A stretch of 64,000 nt of DNA, from positions 616-64,615 of the forward strand of contig DYFK01000008.1 of assembly GCA_020725265.1 (NCBI GenBank), given 5' to 3'. This stretch comes from Hydrogenophilus sp. Lineage in GTDB: Bacteria; Pseudomonadota; Gammaproteobacteria; Burkholderiales; Thiobacillaceae. Below the pieces are notes generated by a model, which was given only the letters and a program-made list of their open reading frames with translations, was not told the origin of the DNA and searched no databases. This document shows positions 61,900 to 64,000 of this stretch, one piece after another. Each line of letters begins with the position of its first letter. Positions within the stretch are counted from its first letter, which is position 1. The translations under genes and the position numbers were made by a program.

Positions 61900-63330
61900 T
61901 CAGGATATTGAGGGGGATTTACGGGGATTCTCGGTGGTTTGGTCGCCGCCCGCTGGGGTGTCCACGCATTCCCGCGTCAGACGCAGCATCGCCGCTGCCT
62001 TGTCCAGGCATTCCCGGTATTCGGATTCGGCCTCGGAGTCGGCGACGATGCCGCCGCCAGCCCAGAATCGCAGTTCGTCGGCGGTCGCCACCAGGGTGCG
62101 TATGGCGATGCTGGTGTCCATGTCGCCGTTGAAACCGAGCCAGCCGATGGCGCCGCAGTAGACGCCGCGCCGCCGAGGTTCCAGTTCCTCGATGATTTCC
62201 ATCGCCCGCAGCTTGGGCGCGCCGGTGATCGAGCCTCCCGGAAACGACGCCCGCAGCAGCGCGACGGCGTCGACGCCGTCGGCCAGGCGGCCGGTCACGG
62301 TGCTGACCAAATGGTGGACGGTGGCGAAACTTTCCACCTCGAACAGGCGCGGCGCCCGCACGGAACCGGTCGCGCAGACCTTGCCCAGATCGTTGCGCAG
62401 CAGGTCCACGATCATCAGGTTTTCCGCGCGGTCCTTGGCGCTGGCCGTGAGTTCCCGCGCCAGCGCGGCATCGGCGTCGGGCGCGGCCGCGCGCGGCCGG
62501 GTGCCCTTGATCGGCCGGGTTTCGACCCGGCCCCCGCGCACTTGCAGGAAGCGTTCGGGGGACGATGACAGCACGCGTGGGCCGGGGCCGCCCAGATAGG
62601 CGGAAAACGGCGCGGGATTCAGTCGGCGAAGTTCGCGGTAGGCCAGCCAGGGGTCGCCCGAGGCCGCCGCGGTGAAGCGTTGCGCCAGATTCACCTGGTA
62701 GCAGTCGCCAGCGTCGATGTAGCGCTGGATGCGGGCGAACGCCCGGCGATAGGCCTCGGGCGTGAAATCCGCGCGCGCGGCGCCAGCCTGGAAAGGGCGC
62801 CGATCGGCGGCTGGTGGCGGATCGGTGAACAACGCTACCAGCGCATCCCAGTCGGCCGCCGTGCGCGGGTCGCGGCCGGCGCCGACCAGATGGCAGCCGC
62901 GCCGTTCATGGTCGACCAGCACCGCCCAGTCGTAGATGCCTACCGCCATCTCCGGCGTGTCGCCGTCATCGCCGGCGATGACGGGCAGGCGTTCCAGACG
63001 TCGCGCCAGGTCATAGCCGAAGTAGCCGATGGCGCCGCCCGCGAAGGCGGGGTCGGTGGCGATGCCGTCGGCCGCGAGCTGCTCGCGGAGCAACACGAAC
63101 GGATCGGCCGGCGACAGCGTCACCGCCGGGCCGGCGCCGTCATGGCGACGGATTTCGGTCATGCCGCCGCGTGTGACCAGGGTGACGCTTGGCCGCGCCG
63201 CCAGGATGTCCAGGCGACCGGCGGTGGTGCGCGGCCGGCCGCTGTCCAGGAAGACCGGCCAGTGGTCATCGACGACGGCTTCGAACAGTTCGGCGCTGTC
63301 GATACGGTAGGGGAGTGGGGCGGTCATCAT
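61900..63330 (-). CDS. pabB: Aminodeoxychorismate synthase component I
   Basis: PIKGTRPR, NLMIVDLLRND and SFPGGSITGAPK motifs. Start taken at MMTAPLPY. Confidence 0.8.
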   Translation of the reverse strand: MMTAPLPYRIDSAELFEAVVDDHWPVFLDSGRPRTTAGRLDILAARPSVTLVTRGGMTEIRRHDGAGPAVTLSPADPFVLLREQLAADGIATDPAFAGGAIGYFGYDLARRLERLPVIAGDDGDTPEMAVGIYDWAVLVDHERRGCHLVGAGRDPRTAADWDALVALFTDPPPAADRRPFQAGAARADFTPEAYRRAFARIQRYIDAGDCYQVNLAQRFTAAASGDPWLAYRELRRLNPAPFSAYLGGPGPRVLSSSPERFLQVRGGRVETRPIKGTRPRAAAPDADAALARELTASAKDRAENLMIVDLLRNDLGKVCATGSVRAPRLFEVESFATVHHLVSTVTGRLADGVDAVALLRASFPGGSITGAPKLRAMEIIEELEPRRRGVYCGAIGWLGFNGDMDTSIAIRTLVATADELRFWAGGGIVADSEAESEYRECLDKAAAMLRLTRECVDTPAGGDQTTENPRKSPSIS

Positions 63331-63443
63331 GATGGCGATTCCTGCGCCAATACTACGCCAGCGGTGGCCAGGGGCGCGCGTCGCCGTGACTGGTGTGCGG
63401 CAGATTCGCAGGCGGACGAGCCGGGGAAAAACCGATTTCCCGG

Positions 63444-63472
63444 TTGCGGGGATCTTCAATGGCGGGTATAGT
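63444..63472 (+). promoter_or_regulatory. Candidate sigma-70 promoter of tRNA-Asp
   Basis: TTGCGG (-35), a 17-nt spacer, TATAGT (-10), then a GC-rich discriminator GCGCGTC. About 55 nt upstream of the tRNA. Confidence 0.4.
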
Positions 63473-63527
63473 GCGCGTCTCTCGTCGAGCAAGACCCGAA
63501 ACCGGGCGATCGACGCAAGCAGTTCCA

Positions 63528-63604
63528 GGAGTGGTAGTTCAGTCGGTTAGAATACCGGCCTGTCACGCCGGGGGTCGCGGGTTCGAGTCCCGTCCACTCC
63601 GCCA
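63528..63604 (+). tRNA. tRNA-Asp (GTC)
   Basis: Acceptor stem GGAGTGG/CCACTCC. Anticodon arm CCGGC-CTGTCAC-GCCGG. T-arm GGTTCGAGTCC. Encoded CCA. Near-identical architecture to enterobacterial tRNA-Asp. Confidence 0.97.
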
Positions 63605-63610
63605 ACGCCT

Positions 63611-63640
63611 AAAAGCCAACCTTCGGGTTGGCTTTTTTTT
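63611..63640 (+). terminator. Rho-independent terminator after tRNA-Asp
   Basis: AAAAGCCAACC-TTCG-GGTTGGCTTTT stem-loop followed by a T-run. Confidence 0.85.
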
Positions 63641-63742
63641 GTCTTTTTCCCGGTGTTCCGGGTGTTTCGCCTGTATTTTTCGCGGTTGCCGGCCTGTCTC
63701 CAGGCATCCTCGCAACGAAATCCAGTTTCATCTCGAATTTCC

Positions 63743-64000
63743 ATGTCCGGCTTCTTCATCACCGGTACCGATACCGGCGTCGGCAAGACGCTGTTCTCCG
63801 CCGCGCTGCTGCACGCGCTGCGCGGGATCGGCGCGCGCGCGGTCGGCATGAAGCCGGTGGCGGCGGGCGCCGACAACGTCGACGGCGTCTGGGTCAACGA
63901 GGATGTCGCGTTGCTGCGCGCGGCTTCCGGGGTGGATGCGCCGGCCGAGCTGGTCAATCCTTATCTGTTCCGCGAACCGATCGCGCCGCATATCGCCGCC
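63743..64000 (+). CDS. bioD: Dethiobiotin synthase (3' end outside window)
   Basis: MSGFFITGTDTGVGKT P-loop, with GMKPVAAG and PIAPHIAA. The frame is open to the window end. Confidence 0.85.
   Translation, partial: MSGFFITGTDTGVGKTLFSAALLHALRGIGARAVGMKPVAAGADNVDGVWVNEDVALLRAASGVDAPAELVNPYLFREPIAPHIAA

Noticed and set aside
63444-64000. tRNA-Asp as the attachment site of a genomic island.
   Set aside because: No integrase, direct repeat of the tRNA 3' end or foreign-looking DNA follows within the window. The next gene is housekeeping bioD.

Overview
High-GC proteobacterial chromosome segment, almost fully coding, with no transposase, integrase, phage gene or CRISPR array. From the gene content and synteny I infer a gammaproteobacterial sulfur oxidiser or purple sulfur bacterium, but this is not proven. 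Left to right: (1) a split [NiFe]-hydrogenase operon hynS(partial)-isp1-isp2-hynL; (2) directly downstream, a complete nine-gene A/V-type ATPase operon (G/H-like, C, I, K, F, E, A, B, D); (3) a periplasmic GlcG/HbpS-like protein, a di-haem cytochrome c peroxidase and a translationally coupled membrane PAS-GGDEF-EAL protein; (4) a convergent four-gene phosphorelay operon (hybrid kinase, REC-EAL, pseudoREC-REC, secreted Pro-rich protein); (5) a SWIM/SNF2 helicase; (6) a small, visibly more AT-rich islet carrying a decayed type II R-M pair (BglII/BamHI-like nuclease without a canonical start, MT-A70 methyltransferase with an in-frame TGA); (7) MacAB-like efflux genes, trpC, alr and dnaB; (8) a BNR / IPTL-CTERM surface protein and nadB; (9) housekeeping blocks rpoE-rseABC-degP, lepA-lepB-DUF4845-rnc-era-recO-pdxJ and glycine riboswitch-gcvT-gcvH-gcvPA-tpx-gcvPB-dgkA; (10) CBS + DASS transporter, FmdE-like + MOSC, MCP + HExxH protein, pabB, tRNA-Asp and bioD (partial). 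I found no convincing new multi-gene defence or mobile system. The most unusual signal is a family of heptanucleotide-periodic intergenic arrays at four loci. Their C-rich version always sits on the sense strand just upstream of the next start codon. Other points worth a second look are the hydrogenase/V-ATPase juxtaposition, a 130-nt convergent gene overlap inside a hexanucleotide repeat, and the two lesions in the R-M pair. All function calls rest on motifs read by eye; no searches were run.
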